Translations under genes and position numbers: made by a program
Part shown: positions 11,204 through 21,396 of the stretch, in pieces
How positions within the stretch are numbered: position 1 is the first letter of the stretch
Layout: the number at the start of each line of letters is the position of its first letter
NCBI GenBank assembly: GCA_963780625.1
Contig: CAWACH010000006.1
Span: 472,798-536,797 of the forward strand
Source: an uncultured Methanocellaceae archaeon
Lineage (GTDB): Archaea; Halobacteriota; Methanocellia; Methanocellales; Methanocellaceae
Direction of reading: 5' to 3'
DNA: 64,000 nucleotides
Notes under the pieces: generated by a model
The model's database searches: none
The model's input: the letters and a program-made list of their open reading frames with translations, nothing else
What the model was told of the DNA's origin: nothing

Positions 11204-12526
11204 TTGATTTCTGCAGCGGCCTTATTGCTGTTGGTTTTGCTAATATTGACCGTAGCAGGTGCGAGCGCTTCAGCCACAAGCCTTCCATGGGCAAAAACGT
11301 ATGGCGGCCCAAAAGATGATGGGTTCAATCAGATCATTAACACGTCGGATGGAGGCTATGCACTTGTTGGATCCACTACATCCTATGGTAATGGCAACTT
11401 GAGCGTTTGGCTAGTAAAAACTGATGCGCAGGGGATCGAATTATGGAATAATACCTATGGAGGCTTGAATGAAAGCACCGGCAATTCGATCGTTCAAACC
11501 AGAGACGACGGCTATGCTATCGCAGGATATTCAACGTCATATGGTAACGGATCCCGTAATATGTATCTAGTGAGAACTGATCCGAGTGGCAACGAGCTTT
11601 GGAATAAAACCTATGGGAGCGGGGAGCCCGGCTATGTCATGGATATCTCCATATTACCGGATGATGATATGATCCTGGCAGGGGTGGCCTACACGGAAAG
11701 TGGAATAGCTAAAGCATGTGTGATAATGACCGATGCCAGTGGTAAGGAATTATGGGAAAAAACATATGGCGGCATGCGTAAGGATGAGGCTCATTTTGTA
11801 GCCCCGACAAATGACGGCGGATTCATTGTTGCAGGATATACTCAATCATTCGGCGACCAGAACGGAAACGTTTTTACTAACGGTACAGGCGATGCATGGC
11901 TGGTCAAGATCGACGGACAGGGTAACGAGCAATGGAATAAAACTTATGGCGGAGATGCCATGGATGACGCATATTACGTTATCCAGTCGACGGATGGCGG
12001 ATATCTTCTTGGAGGCACCACTCTATCATTCTCGAATGATACGGACAGGGCTTATATAGTGAAGACCGACTCGCTTGGAAATGAACAATGGGATCGGATA
12101 TTCGGCAATAATTCAAGTGATGCCATATATGCCATCGAAAAAGCTGCAGGTGGATATGTGCTAGCAGGCACCATGTATCCTCAAACCGGCGATATGAAGA
12201 CCTTTTTAGTTAAGATAGATGATGGCGGGAATAGGACCTGGGGATATTCATACGGTGAAAATGACTATTACAATGGATACTCAATATGTAATGCCGATGA
12301 TGGCGGATATATGATAGCCGGAACCAAATCTTCAACGACGAATAATGATGGATTTATCTTTAAAGTGAATGCAGACGGGACAGCCGTAATGGTAGATGAT
12401 AATACGACAAATGTTAGTCCGACCAACAGCTCGATATCCCCGATATCGATCTTATTAGTGTTGGTCGTCATTGCATGCATCGGCGCAGCGGTCCTTGTCA
12501 TATGGAAATGGATATTAAAAAGATAA
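11204..12526 (+). CDS. Secreted, C-terminally anchored beta-propeller repeat protein
   Basis: About 7 repeats of WxKTYGG...TxDGGYxxxG...LVKTDxxG; N-terminal signal peptide, C-terminal TM. Confidence 0.85.
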   Translation: MISAAALLLLVLLILTVAGASASATSLPWAKTYGGPKDDGFNQIINTSDGGYALVGSTTSYGNGNLSVWLVKTDAQGIELWNNTYGGLNESTGNSIVQTRDDGYAIAGYSTSYGNGSRNMYLVRTDPSGNELWNKTYGSGEPGYVMDISILPDDDMILAGVAYTESGIAKACVIMTDASGKELWEKTYGGMRKDEAHFVAPTNDGGFIVAGYTQSFGDQNGNVFTNGTGDAWLVKIDGQGNEQWNKTYGGDAMDDAYYVIQSTDGGYLLGGTTLSFSNDTDRAYIVKTDSLGNEQWDRIFGNNSSDAIYAIEKAAGGYVLAGTMYPQTGDMKTFLVKIDDGGNRTWGYSYGENDYYNGYSICNADDGGYMIAGTKSSTTNNDGFIFKVNADGTAVMVDDNTTNVSPTNSSISPISILLVLVVIACIGAAVLVIWKWILKR

Positions 12527-12945
12527 TAAAGAAGGAAATAATTTAATTTTATTTTTATATCAAATCGATTTTTAAATATAATTTTTAACAAAATTATATA
12601 ATAACATCAAATGTTTTTAAAATCAGCTTGATATATAAGCCTTTTCTATATAGTTTATAGTCCCCTAATTGTGCTATCATATTCTAAGTTGGCAAGCTAT
12701 TTCTCGTCAATGGATGAAGGAGTAGTGTACAAGAACTAATACCCAATCCTACAGCTAACGACAAAACCCAAAATGAACATAAAAAGGTAATTGTCGTAAA
12801 AAAATGAGGGAAACAATAACCTGAACGATTATTGTACAAGAATAATCGTTGGTATAGTTATAGGGTTATTCTTCTTGTGCATATAAGCTTTGCGGTCTTT
12901 GTCATGCCTATTTTTAGGCAAATGACTGCAAAATGAGGGAAACAA

Positions 12946-13975
12946 ATGAAGACAATGATGAAGTTCTTTAACAACGACGAAGGTATTTCACCCATCGTCG
13001 CAACTTTAGTGCTCATCGTCGTAGCCATCATCGGCGCGGCGGCTGTTGCCATGATCCTCGGCAACTTCTCGGGCAACGTATCGAACCAGGTAGCCGACAG
13101 CAGCAACGTCACCTCCAAGTCGCATCGCCTCACACCATAAACGTAGCCGGCTCGACCACACTGTATCCCTGCTGAAGTGCTATTAGCCAAGGACTACATG
13201 ACCCAGAACCCCCTGATCAAAGATCAATGTCGCCCAGGGCGGCAGTGACGCCGGTGTCGACAGCAGTAGGCATGAACTTAGTTGACATCGGCGCAGCAAG
13301 CAGGGCAGTCACCTCTGCAGAAACTGCCAAGTACCCGAACCTCAAGTCGACCAAGGTCAGCCGGCAGCGCAGTCATGGTCGTCTACAACAACGGCGGCAT
13401 AGCAGTTACCGGTGCGGCAGCTAACGTCAGCGGCGTGACTTAATACACGTTATGGGGAACCACGAGCGGCACTGTATGGCCAGCCTGAGCGCACTCACAA
13501 TGGCAGTCCAGAGAGCAGACGGCTGCGGCACTGAGGACACGTTCGCTAAGTGGTATCGGCTTCAGACTCCGGCAGCCTTGACGCAGCAGTCACCCCGGTA
13601 GGCGTCACGAGTGACGCAGAAGTCGGCAACGAGGGCGTTCTCTCCAAGGTAGCTCGACGACCGAATCAATCGGCTTCGTTGACTGGGGATATGTCGCAAC
13701 CGCCAAGCTCCACGAATGTCAATACATCCGGCCCATAACAGAGGGCGCAGCGTAACCTACGCACCGCGACCGGTCGACCAGCATTAAGAACGGCTTAAAG
13801 GGCGACATCACCGTTACGGGCTATGCACGCAGGCCTCATTAAGGCACTCTATATGATGACGAACGGCGCACCCTAGCGACCGAGCAGTCATTCATCACAT
13901 ACGCTGCCTCCCCCGGCGGAGCAGCAAGCTTCGATCAGCGGGCATGTTCGGTGTAACTGAGTATCGTATAGAACG
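12946..13975 (+). pseudogene. pstS: PstS phosphate-binding protein with a class III pilin signal peptide; multiply frameshifted (assembly error or pseudogene)
   Basis: FFNNDEG|ISPIVATLVLIVVAII, then in shifting frames AGSTTLYP, QGGSDAG, VDIGAASR and GTEDTF; end approximate. Confidence 0.75.
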
Positions 13976-13985
13976 AGTAACATAT

Positions 13986-14020
13986 GAAGAGGCCAATAGC
14001 GCCTCTTCTCTTTTTCTTTT
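13986..14020 (+). terminator. Hairpin plus T-tract between pstS and pstC
   Basis: GAAGAGGC-caatagc-GCCTCTTC followed by TCTTTTTCTTTT. Confidence 0.6.
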
Positions 14021-14027
14021 CACGGCC

Positions 14028-14960
14028 ATGAAAACAAAAATCGACTTACCAAAAATCTTCGTATCGGCTTGCGCCGCAATTCGTTGTTATTGTTATCATT
14101 TTCATTGTAGGATTCATATTATTTAATAGCATTCCCGACGTTCCAGAGTCAGGGACTAGGATTGGTCACCGGCCAGAGTCTGGAACTATGATACCGGCGT
14201 GTTCGGGGCCTTGCCTATATTGCCAGTACCATCGATGTTGACCGGAGTAACTCTTCTATAGCCGTGCCGACTGGGCGTATTGACGGCAGTGTTCATGGCT
14301 GAATACGCACCGCCAATATATCGCAATGTAGCCAGGCCGATGATCGAACTCCTCGTCGGGATCCCATCGGTAGTATACGGCATCTTCGGCTTATTTGTTC
14401 TCGAAGAATATTCGCTGGTGATATCAACCCGTTCATCAGTAATACACTGGGTTTTATCCCGATATTTACGAGACTACCACCCAGGGGAGCGGTAGTGGAA
14501 TACTCCTCGCTTCCACAGTATTATCGATAATGATCTTGCCGACGATCATCGCTGTATCGAAGAAGCTATCAGGAGCGTGCCAAGGGACTATGTAGACGCA
14601 TCCCTCGCACTTAGGGGCTACCCGGTGGGAGACGGTTAAACATGTCATTCTCCGGCCGCAATGAGCGGTATAGTGGCCGCCATAGTGTTGGGTATGATGC
14701 GATCGCGTAGGTGAAACTATGGCAGTAATCATGCTCATGGGTAATAATCCACATATTCCTACATCAATACTGGATAGCGGGTACACGATGACCTCGAAGA
14801 TCTACGGGGATAGTGGCACCAGGATGATCATTGACAGTAGATAAGAGCGCCATGTTCGCCATGGCTGCGCTATTATTCGGCATGGAGATGCTCCTCGTCC
14901 TCACTGCCCGCTTTGTTACCAGGAAAAAGAAGAACAAGGGGGATCACGATGAGTATAGGA
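14028..14960 (+). pseudogene. pstC: PstC phosphate ABC permease, multiply frameshifted
   Basis: Fragments IELLVGIPSVVYGIFGL, MILPTII, LALGATRWET, VGETMAV in different frames; end approximate. Confidence 0.75.
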
Positions 14961-15959
14961 CAGGGCATATCGAGGAAGCTAGCCATTCGGCAGGTAGATA
15001 TTCTTCGCCCTAACAGCCCGCATCATAAGCAGGAAAAAGAAGAACGAGGGAGAGCAAGGTGAGCGTAAGGCTCAGGCACCTTGAGGAAACGGCCATCGTA
15101 ATAGTCATGGCGTTAGTGGCTACCTTCATTTCATTAATGCTTGTGTTGATCATCGGGGAGATCTTCATACGGTCATTGCCTTCATTATCACTGGCATTTG
15201 TGTTCACCCCAGAGAATATCGCCCCGGATTTGACGGCGGAATCCTCAACGCCGTAGTAGGTACCATACTCATATCGATTTGCAGTGTGGCGCTGGCTACG
15301 CCGATATCGATCGGCACCGCAATATATCTCGCAAGATATGCTACGAACGAGAGAGCTATAACCTTGTTAAGGTTTTTCATTGATGTAATGAGTGGCACGC
15401 CCAGCATAGTCCTCGGGGGCTTTTGGCATGTTATTCCTTGCATTTTACCTGAAGCCGATCACAGGCGGATTAACGCTTGTTCTCGGGTAGCATAGCTCTT
15501 GCCATATTGATCACGCCGACTATCACGAGAAGCGTTGAAGAAGCTATCCATACCGTGCCTATATCATTAGAGGAAGCAAGCCTCGCTCTCGGCGCTAACA
15601 AATGGCAGACCATCGCCCGGATTACCGTGCCCTGTGCGGCCAGTGGCATAGTCACGGGGATCATCCTCGGAGTAGGAAGGGCCGCGGAAGAAAGCGCAGT
15701 AGTAATGCTTACGGCCGGATACACCCAGTTCCTCCCCAATTTCGGCATACAACACAGTGACAATCTCATCGGCGGAATACAGGTACTACCATTGCAGGAC
15801 ATGGTCGCTATTCTGCCGGCCACCGTGTACCACAGCTACGAATTAGGCAATCTGGTCCCGGTGTCAAACGGCTTCGCCGCCGCGATGGTACTGATAATTA
15901 TCGTTATGGCCATCAATGCCCTGGCACGCCTGATACTCTGGAGGTGGAAGGTAAACTAG
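14949..15959 (+). pseudogene. pstA: PstA phosphate ABC permease, frameshifted in the 5' half
   Basis: GTAIYLARYA, MSGTPSIVLG, EEASLALGANKWQT, GVGRAAEESA; start approximate. Confidence 0.75.
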
Positions 15960-16316
15960 GCTTCTAAAGAGTATATATAGGGAACTATTAAGCCATAAGT
16001 GCTTTCTAAGTCTATTGGAAACCCTATATAGCGATATATGGCTAAATTGGCGTCCATAAAATATAGTACCTATTATTAAAAACGATGGAGGGACATCAGT
16101 CATGGGCTTATTCAACGAGATAATTATGATCGACAAAATCTTAACACCTGACGCCATGATGAAGAGGGTCGACCGGTTACTACTGTTATTACAATACGTT
16201 GTAACTTTCTCATCTTTAACATACTCAAATTTTCAATCAACTATTAACCATGTGTATCGACCAATGTCGCCCGGCTTTACCTATGAATCGGGTTACCATT
16301 ATCATTTGACGGGGGT

Positions 16317-18332
16317 TTGAGATTGGCGAACATAATAAACCTCCCAAAAAAATCAAAAGACGCGAGTTCTCCAGGTTTAGCTACAGCTACGAACCCTAAA
16401 AAGAGCCCGTCTAATAATTTTATGGATTGGTTCCTTCATGGCAATGTACGTGCCCAACAGGTACCGAAAGAGCCGGAAATATCTGCTAATAAGCCGGTAT
16501 CATCCCCGATAATTGCTCCGACCGTAAAAGTCGAAAAGGAGCCGATAAATAACTTACCGTTAATATCAGGCGGAAATACCTCAACAGAAGCCGATACCCC
16601 GAAAAGCCCCGTTGACTTGTTACAAAATGGCGATGCGAAAGTCTTGAATGATATTGAAAAAAACATTGATAATACCATCGTTTCTGAGACTATCGCCCCA
16701 TCTGAGAAAGAGCTGAAGGAGACTTTAAAACCCTCAGGTGTTCAGGCAAAACTGGCAAACGCCCTCAAGTCGATCAACATTCAGTCAAAACGTAAAGTAA
16801 ACGTCGAGCTGATCGAATTTAATATAGGCGAGCTATCAAATCCTACGTTGGATGGCGTATACCGTGACATCAACACAACTTATCCGATAGACCCCCCGTT
16901 TCAATATGTTAACATCCGATTCGATGGCGAAGAACTGGTGTATAACGTACTCGAGCCGCCTCTTAGTGAAGCCGAGATAAAATATTTGGGGATGATCGAG
17001 AAGACCATGGAAAAGCTCATCAGTACCAAGATAATCGTTCTACGGAGCGAAGAGCGAGAAGATTTTCTCCGCGTGAGATTTTCCGAGATCATAAAAATGT
17101 ATAATTATAATCTTAACGAAGAGCATCAAGACCGCATGTTCTTCTACCTCCGTAAGCGGTATTTGGGCTATGGCAATATCGATGCCATCATGAAAGACCA
17201 CTACATCGAGGATATCAGCTGCAACGGCCCGAACAATTATTTATACGTCTACCACCGCATTTACGGCTCCGTCAGGACCAACGTCTCATTCGGAGAAGTA
17301 GAGGTCAATAAATTCGTAATGCGTATCGCACAGATATCAGGACGGCACATCTCGATCCTGCAGCCTATCAGGGATGTAACGCTACCGGACGGGAGCCGTG
17401 CCAACCTGACGCTGGGGAGCGAAGTTACCAAGAAAGGGGCTACGTTCACCATTCGTAAATTCCGGGAAAAGCCCATGTCACCCGTCGAGCTCATGGAATA
17501 CAACTCCATCGATGCGAGGGAGCTGGCCTATCTATGGATCCTCCTGGATTATAAAAAATCGGTACTGGTATCGGGAGGTACAGCTTCGGGTAAGACGACC
17601 CTGCTTAACGTTATTAGTTCATTTATAAGGCCGGAGATGAAGATCGTATCGCTGGAGGATACGGCCGAGCTGAACCTGGTCCATTCCAACTGGATCCAAT
17701 CGGTGACCCGGAGCGGGTTCGGTGCTGAAAGCGAGAGCGCATCCTCCGTTTCCGGCTTGAGCGGCGTATCGGCCAAGACTCCGGGCGATATCGGCCTCTA
17801 TGACCTGCTGGTAGCCGCCCTACGTCAGCGCCCTGAGTTCATCATCGTGGGTGAAGTGCGCGGTGCCGAGGCATTCACCATGTTCCAGGCGATCGCCGTA
17901 GGCCATGCGTGTTTGGGTACTATCCATGCAGGTACCATGCGTGAATTGATCTCAAGAATAGAGTCCAACCCGATGAACGTGCCCAGGACTTTATTTTCTT
18001 CCCTTGACGTCGTGTGCTTTAACGCCATGATTAGGAGAGGCGACCGAAATGTAAGACGCGTAATGAATATAGTAGAGATCCTGGAGATCGACCCCAATGG
18101 CGACCTGGTCACTAACCCGGTATTCCGATGGGATGCTCCGTCGGATAGGTTCATTTTCACGGGAAAAAGCCACATTTTTGAAAAGATCGAACGTCAGCTT
18201 GGCGTTAAGGAAGAGGCGCTTATATCGGAAATGGAAGCCAGGGCGAAATTTTTGAATGAGCTAAGACAGAATGGTGTCAGGGACTATGCAGAGGTAGTGG
18301 ACAGGATCCACGAGTATATCCTGCGTGATTAA
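16317..18332 (+). CDS. Archaeal type IV pilus/secretion ATPase (FlaI/VirB11/GspE family)
   Basis: Walker A GGTASGKTT, LEDTAEL, LRQRPEFIIVGEVRGAE, GH...TIHA; long low-complexity N-terminus. Confidence 0.95.
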   Translation: MRLANIINLPKKSKDASSPGLATATNPKKSPSNNFMDWFLHGNVRAQQVPKEPEISANKPVSSPIIAPTVKVEKEPINNLPLISGGNTSTEADTPKSPVDLLQNGDAKVLNDIEKNIDNTIVSETIAPSEKELKETLKPSGVQAKLANALKSINIQSKRKVNVELIEFNIGELSNPTLDGVYRDINTTYPIDPPFQYVNIRFDGEELVYNVLEPPLSEAEIKYLGMIEKTMEKLISTKIIVLRSEEREDFLRVRFSEIIKMYNYNLNEEHQDRMFFYLRKRYLGYGNIDAIMKDHYIEDISCNGPNNYLYVYHRIYGSVRTNVSFGEVEVNKFVMRIAQISGRHISILQPIRDVTLPDGSRANLTLGSEVTKKGATFTIRKFREKPMSPVELMEYNSIDARELAYLWILLDYKKSVLVSGGTASGKTTLLNVISSFIRPEMKIVSLEDTAELNLVHSNWIQSVTRSGFGAESESASSVSGLSGVSAKTPGDIGLYDLLVAALRQRPEFIIVGEVRGAEAFTMFQAIAVGHACLGTIHAGTMRELISRIESNPMNVPRTLFSSLDVVCFNAMIRRGDRNVRRVMNIVEILEIDPNGDLVTNPVFRWDAPSDRFIFTGKSHIFEKIERQLGVKEEALISEMEARAKFLNELRQNGVRDYAEVVDRIHEYILRD

Positions 18333-18359
18333 ACTGAAAAATAGCCTGGAGGGCTGAAC

Positions 18360-19211
18360 ATGGACCCCTATGTCGAATATAAAAACTTCTGCTATAACAT
18401 ACTGGGCCGGTACCTGGACGAGAAGCCCGTCTCGGAGATAGCCCTCATGCTATATCAGGCCGACATGGAACTGACCTACGGCATGTTTGTTTCGATGGCC
18501 ATTATATCGGCCTTACTTGCAGCCATCCCCATGCTTATCTTCTCTTTGATCATTTTCGGACTCTCCATATACACCTATGGCCTGGTACTGGTAGCGTTAG
18601 CGGTCGTGGGCGTCATGTTCCCCTTTACCGCATACAATACGATCTCTAATAAAAAGATAGGCATAGAAAAAGAGATCCCGTTCGCCCTCGGCTATATGTC
18701 TATACTCGCGAGCGCGGGATCGACGCCCCTTGAAATATTACGCAGGATGGCTGTGGAGAACTATGGAGAAATTTCCAAGGAATTTCGTAAAGTCGTCTAC
18801 CGCATCGACGTACTTGGGGAAGACGAAGTTTCGGCTATGAACGAGCTGGCAACCACAACTCCGTCGGAGATCTTCCGCAGCATAGTCGTAGACCTATCGA
18901 ACATCATGTATTCCGGCAGCGGCATGAAACAATACCTGGAGTCGAAATCCAAAGACCTGTTGAATATAAAAAGACAAACTCAAAAAGAGTTCGTCGATTC
19001 CCTGTCAATATACGGGGAAATGTACATGGGCGGCGTACTGATGATGTTTATCATGACAGTGATAGGCATAGTAATGAGCGGCGCTTTGAACATCAATATC
19101 GGGCCATTTAAGCCCAGCCAGCTATTCATCTTTTTCATTTATCTGATCATGCCTCTAATTAATATCATATTTTACCTGATGCTGGAAATGAAATATTCGA
19201 GGAGCCCATGA
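18360..19211 (+). CDS. TadC/FlaJ-like (T2SSF) pilus membrane platform protein
   Basis: EIPFALGYMSILASAG, YGEISKEF, TTPSEIF; directly after the ATPase. Confidence 0.9.
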   Translation: MDPYVEYKNFCYNILGRYLDEKPVSEIALMLYQADMELTYGMFVSMAIISALLAAIPMLIFSLIIFGLSIYTYGLVLVALAVVGVMFPFTAYNTISNKKIGIEKEIPFALGYMSILASAGSTPLEILRRMAVENYGEISKEFRKVVYRIDVLGEDEVSAMNELATTTPSEIFRSIVVDLSNIMYSGSGMKQYLESKSKDLLNIKRQTQKEFVDSLSIYGEMYMGGVLMMFIMTVIGIVMSGALNINIGPFKPSQLFIFFIYLIMPLINIIFYLMLEMKYSRSP

Positions 19212-20524
19212 CACCGCTGCGAGAGACTATCGACACACTTGCATTCAAGTATAACATCAGAAGGGAGTATTTTACAATAGTACTCCCGGTGCTCCTTGGC
19301 CTGGCCATTGTCATCTTAGCTTTTATGAGCGGGCACACGCTGACCCAATCCCAGGCCCAGCCGGATAACTCCCGCCAGCAGGCCCTTCAACTATTGATGA
19401 GCCAGATGAATGATAGCGAAGGTCAGCCAGTACCTATCCCGCAGGCACCTCAGAATAAGGCGGACCTCGACCAGTATATCATATACGGCTTACTCGTTGC
19501 CATGACGCCGTATTCCATCGACAGGTTCATAGAAAGGCGCCGCTACAGCCAGCGGGAAGACGATTTTACCCAATTTTTATTCAAATTGTCAGAGATGATG
19601 CGTGCCGGGATAGACCCGATCAAATCCGTTTTAGAGCTCTCGAAAACTGACCTTGGAAGTATTACGCCCTACGTTAGATCGGCTGCCTCATCCATGCTGT
19701 TGGGAAAATCATTCGAGGAAGGGATGAAAAGTATGGCATTATCCCTTAACAGCGAGATCATCATTAAATATGTCGACCTTGTGATCCAGGCATCCTATAC
19801 CGGCGGCTCGGTCCACAGCCTGATCCTGAAAGCTTCCGAGGACATGAGGACCATGATCACGATCGATAAGGAGATGAAGGGCAATCTTCAGCAATATGTC
19901 ATGATCTTATATTTAGCCCAGGCCATCATTATTTTTATCGCCTACGTCCTATCATCCCAGCTTATACCGTTTATTCAGAGTACGGCGAACGCCCAGGCCA
20001 TATTCAGCACCGCGGACCTTCAGTCTATCGATTTCGGCCAGGGATTCTTCCATATGATCATGATAAACGCGGCCATTGGTGGGCTCATCGTAGGAAAGAT
20101 AGCTGAGGGGTCGGCGAAAGACGGTATTAAACACTCGGTGATATTAATGGCCGCCGGCTATCTTATTTGCGTGTTATTGATCTTACCGATCGGAAACCAG
20201 GCCCAGGCGAATTTGATCATCGTGATGTCAGGCAATAGCCAGTCCGGATATACTACAATGCAGCTATATGACCCGATCGTGTTTAAGCTGACGGACCCTA
20301 ACGGGATAGTACTGGCTAACCAGGATGTCTCATTCAGCATTAAGCCCGGAGGTATTGTTACTCCGGCCTCAGAAAAAACAGATATAAAAGGCCTGGCTAA
20401 AGTAAATGTAACAATGGGTAATTCACCCGGTTCATATACCATCACGGCAACATCCGGTTCCGTGACTCAAACGGTTAAAATAACGGCCAGGGGCGGGGCG
20501 CGCCCTGATCAGATTCAGGAGTAA
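19208..20524 (+). CDS. Second TadC-like membrane platform protein with a C-terminal Ig-like (Big_1-like) extension
   Basis: FLFKLSEMMRAG, GLIVGKIAEGS...GIKH; C-terminal SGNSQSG...TDPNG...VSF...TDIKGLAKV...GSYTITAT. Confidence 0.85.
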   Translation: MTPLRETIDTLAFKYNIRREYFTIVLPVLLGLAIVILAFMSGHTLTQSQAQPDNSRQQALQLLMSQMNDSEGQPVPIPQAPQNKADLDQYIIYGLLVAMTPYSIDRFIERRRYSQREDDFTQFLFKLSEMMRAGIDPIKSVLELSKTDLGSITPYVRSAASSMLLGKSFEEGMKSMALSLNSEIIIKYVDLVIQASYTGGSVHSLILKASEDMRTMITIDKEMKGNLQQYVMILYLAQAIIIFIAYVLSSQLIPFIQSTANAQAIFSTADLQSIDFGQGFFHMIMINAAIGGLIVGKIAEGSAKDGIKHSVILMAAGYLICVLLILPIGNQAQANLIIVMSGNSQSGYTTMQLYDPIVFKLTDPNGIVLANQDVSFSIKPGGIVTPASEKTDIKGLAKVNVTMGNSPGSYTITATSGSVTQTVKITARGGARPDQIQE

Positions 20525-20535
20525 AAAACGAATTA

Positions 20536-21171
20536 TTATCCGAATCTTTCCCTGGTATCTATGTAAATACGCTCATCATCGAGCGCGTAAGGTATATTTT
20601 TTTCCGGTAACGGCTTTCCATTGAGCTTTGGTATGTTAATATACCTGGAAATACGGTCTTCTTCGTTAACGGTCGTGAACTGGATGATCCCATCCGCCAT
20701 AGCCCGGATGATGCGCTCATGCTGATCGGAAATAATGCCTATGTCCGATGTCATGATGATCATGCGGCTGTTTTTTCTGCTGGACTCTAAAAGAGTATTT
20801 AGTATGCCGACCAGGTCTCGGGGACCGATGTCGATGTTCATGAGAGAAAATCCTTCGACGATACAGACATTCGAGTCACATTCGTAGTGAAGTCGTGCCC
20901 TGTCATGGAAATTATCAATTATCTTTATTTTATCAAGTTCTGTCAGGCCCAGCCGGCGAACTTGTTGTTGTACGTCTTCCTTATTCCCGGTGGTTATGTA
21001 GGCGACGCTATTGCCTGCCGCTATGGCGTCCACTACTACCATCTGGGCGAATATTCTTTTAATATCCCCGAGCTCTTCCTCGACGAATAATAAGCTGTTA
21101 CGGGGAAGGTTTTCAAATCCAATACTTGCTAACGCCATAAGAACTCTTTGCCGCTGTTTTTTCAGGTGCAT
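20536..21171 (-). CDS. KaiC/RAD55/FlaH-like RecA-fold protein with a degenerate Walker A
   Basis: LPRNSLLFVEEELGDIKRIFA at the P-loop position, AYITT, IRAMADGII, DTRERFG C-terminus. Confidence 0.75.
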   Translation of the reverse strand: MHLKKQRQRVLMALASIGFENLPRNSLLFVEEELGDIKRIFAQMVVVDAIAAGNSVAYITTGNKEDVQQQVRRLGLTELDKIKIIDNFHDRARLHYECDSNVCIVEGFSLMNIDIGPRDLVGILNTLLESSRKNSRMIIMTSDIGIISDQHERIIRAMADGIIQFTTVNEEDRISRYINIPKLNGKPLPEKNIPYALDDERIYIDTRERFG

Positions 21172-21396
21172 TCTTCATATATGTTACGGTCGACAACGAA
21201 ATGCCAATAAAGGTTTTACATAATGACGCATTAAAACTTTTCGCACCGGATGAGACCATATCGTGATAAGTTCTCAATTTCATAAATTTTTTTCTTATGT
21301 TTATATTAATTCCCTTGATAAGCTATAGCTCGATATATATTAGAATATAGTCTAATGAAATGAAGCTTATAATCGATTGGTTTCAGTATAATACAT

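Noticed and set aside
16102-16320. 72 aa ORF before the pilus ATPase
   Set aside because: No motif or hydrophobic pilin segment; probably leader sequence.
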